From Tubulanus polymorphus (Eukaryota > Animalia > Nemertea): a stretch of 64,000 nt of DNA. The notes under the pieces are model-generated. The model did no database searches. It had not been told where the DNA came from and was given only the letters and a program-made list of their open reading frames with translations. The position numbers and the translations under genes were made by a program. Where the stretch lies: positions 9,176,001 through 9,240,000 of the forward strand of contig NC_134031.1 of assembly GCF_964204645.1 (NCBI RefSeq), in the 5' to 3' direction. Positions 63,402 through 64,000 of this stretch are shown here, one piece after another; the first letter of the stretch is position 1; each line of letters begins with the position of its first letter.

Positions 63402-63714
63402 TTAAGACGGGCGTAGGTCGGCTTTGCGACGGCTTGTGACTCACTGCGACGCCATTCACTGCGACCGCCAGCGACGATTGTGTCACAACGACTCATCGAC
63501 CTAAACTCCCTTGCGAAGGGTTGCGACTGTCAGCAACGCCAGTTTCAAGGAGTCGCACGTGTTCTACTTTCTGCGACGCGACACGACTGTCACAACCGAC
63601 CTACGCGCTCTTGTGACTGGCAGAAACTAGTTGCACACAATCGTATCGCAACCGACTTGCGATGCAACGCAAGGATCGCATCGCGTCACAAGGCCGATTT
63701 ACGTCCGGCTTTAA
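63402..63714. mobile_element. Small degenerate MITE (PIF/Harbinger-like)
   Basis: Imperfect TIRs TTAAGACGGGCGTAGGTCGGC / GCCGATTTACGTCCGGCTTTAA, with TGCGAC-rich interior. Confidence 0.45.
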
Positions 63715-64000
63715 CCCTTTAAATGCCACTCGGTGAGCTAAAATCATATCCCAGAAGTCCAGCCGAATTAGAGTGTGCAAGCCTAACAGTTAGTGGTCGC
63801 AGTAAAAGCCATCTACAGCAAAAACCGTTAAAAATCATGCATTACAAGTTATGTTTATTTGATTTAGAATTGAATTTTCTTTCAAATGGGCCCAAGTAAC
63901 ATCATATTTGATGAAATTTTGATGACCATATATAGGTCAAATATCGGAGGAAATCTCGAAAAATATGATTTTTTTTACCTCCGTTGCAGTCTGGTTCATG

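Noticed and set aside
56800-64000. Short ORFs as host genes; tRNA or rRNA genes anywhere in the window
   Set aside because: The ORFs lie in MITE or HINE sequence with no recognisable domains, and no structural RNA gene was recognised by eye.

Overview
Animal genomic DNA, probably from a marine invertebrate (inferred only from the repeat types; host not identifiable here). No host gene was recognised; the window is almost entirely mobile DNA. Positions ~7800-54227 hold a cluster of decayed copies of one very AT-rich Polinton/Maverick (adintovirus-like) family. Copy B (14905-37435) keeps ~367-bp TIRs and a 6-bp TSD (GTTGAC) and shows the gene set: pPolB, putative SSB, penton, several membrane proteins, major capsid protein, zinc-finger protein, packaging ATPase, integrase and an NCLDV-type HNH nuclease. 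No adenain protease was seen. Pieces A (7800-12662) and D (38631-46221) join base-perfectly into one older copy, split by a Helentron-like insertion that B later entered. Copy C (46290-54227, minus strand) is internally deleted. A ~12.5-kb fold-back palindrome (10225-22697) disrupts B. The most unusual signals are: (i) each TIR begins with a long hairpin whose arms co-vary between copies; (ii) nearly every gene starts at a poxvirus-late-like T-tract+TAAATG; (iii) paired hairpins sit at the convergent gene junction; (iv) a GC-rich palindromic micro-insertion occurs in frame in two unrelated genes; (v) a minimal hammerhead ribozyme lies at a rearrangement breakpoint. Signals i-iii plus the HNH gene suggest, by inference, an endogenous satellite of a pox-like large DNA virus. 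The flanks contain a MULE-like element with a spliced Ulp1 protease remnant, a BEL/Pao fragment, a LINE fragment, HINE-type repeats and triply nested MITEs.
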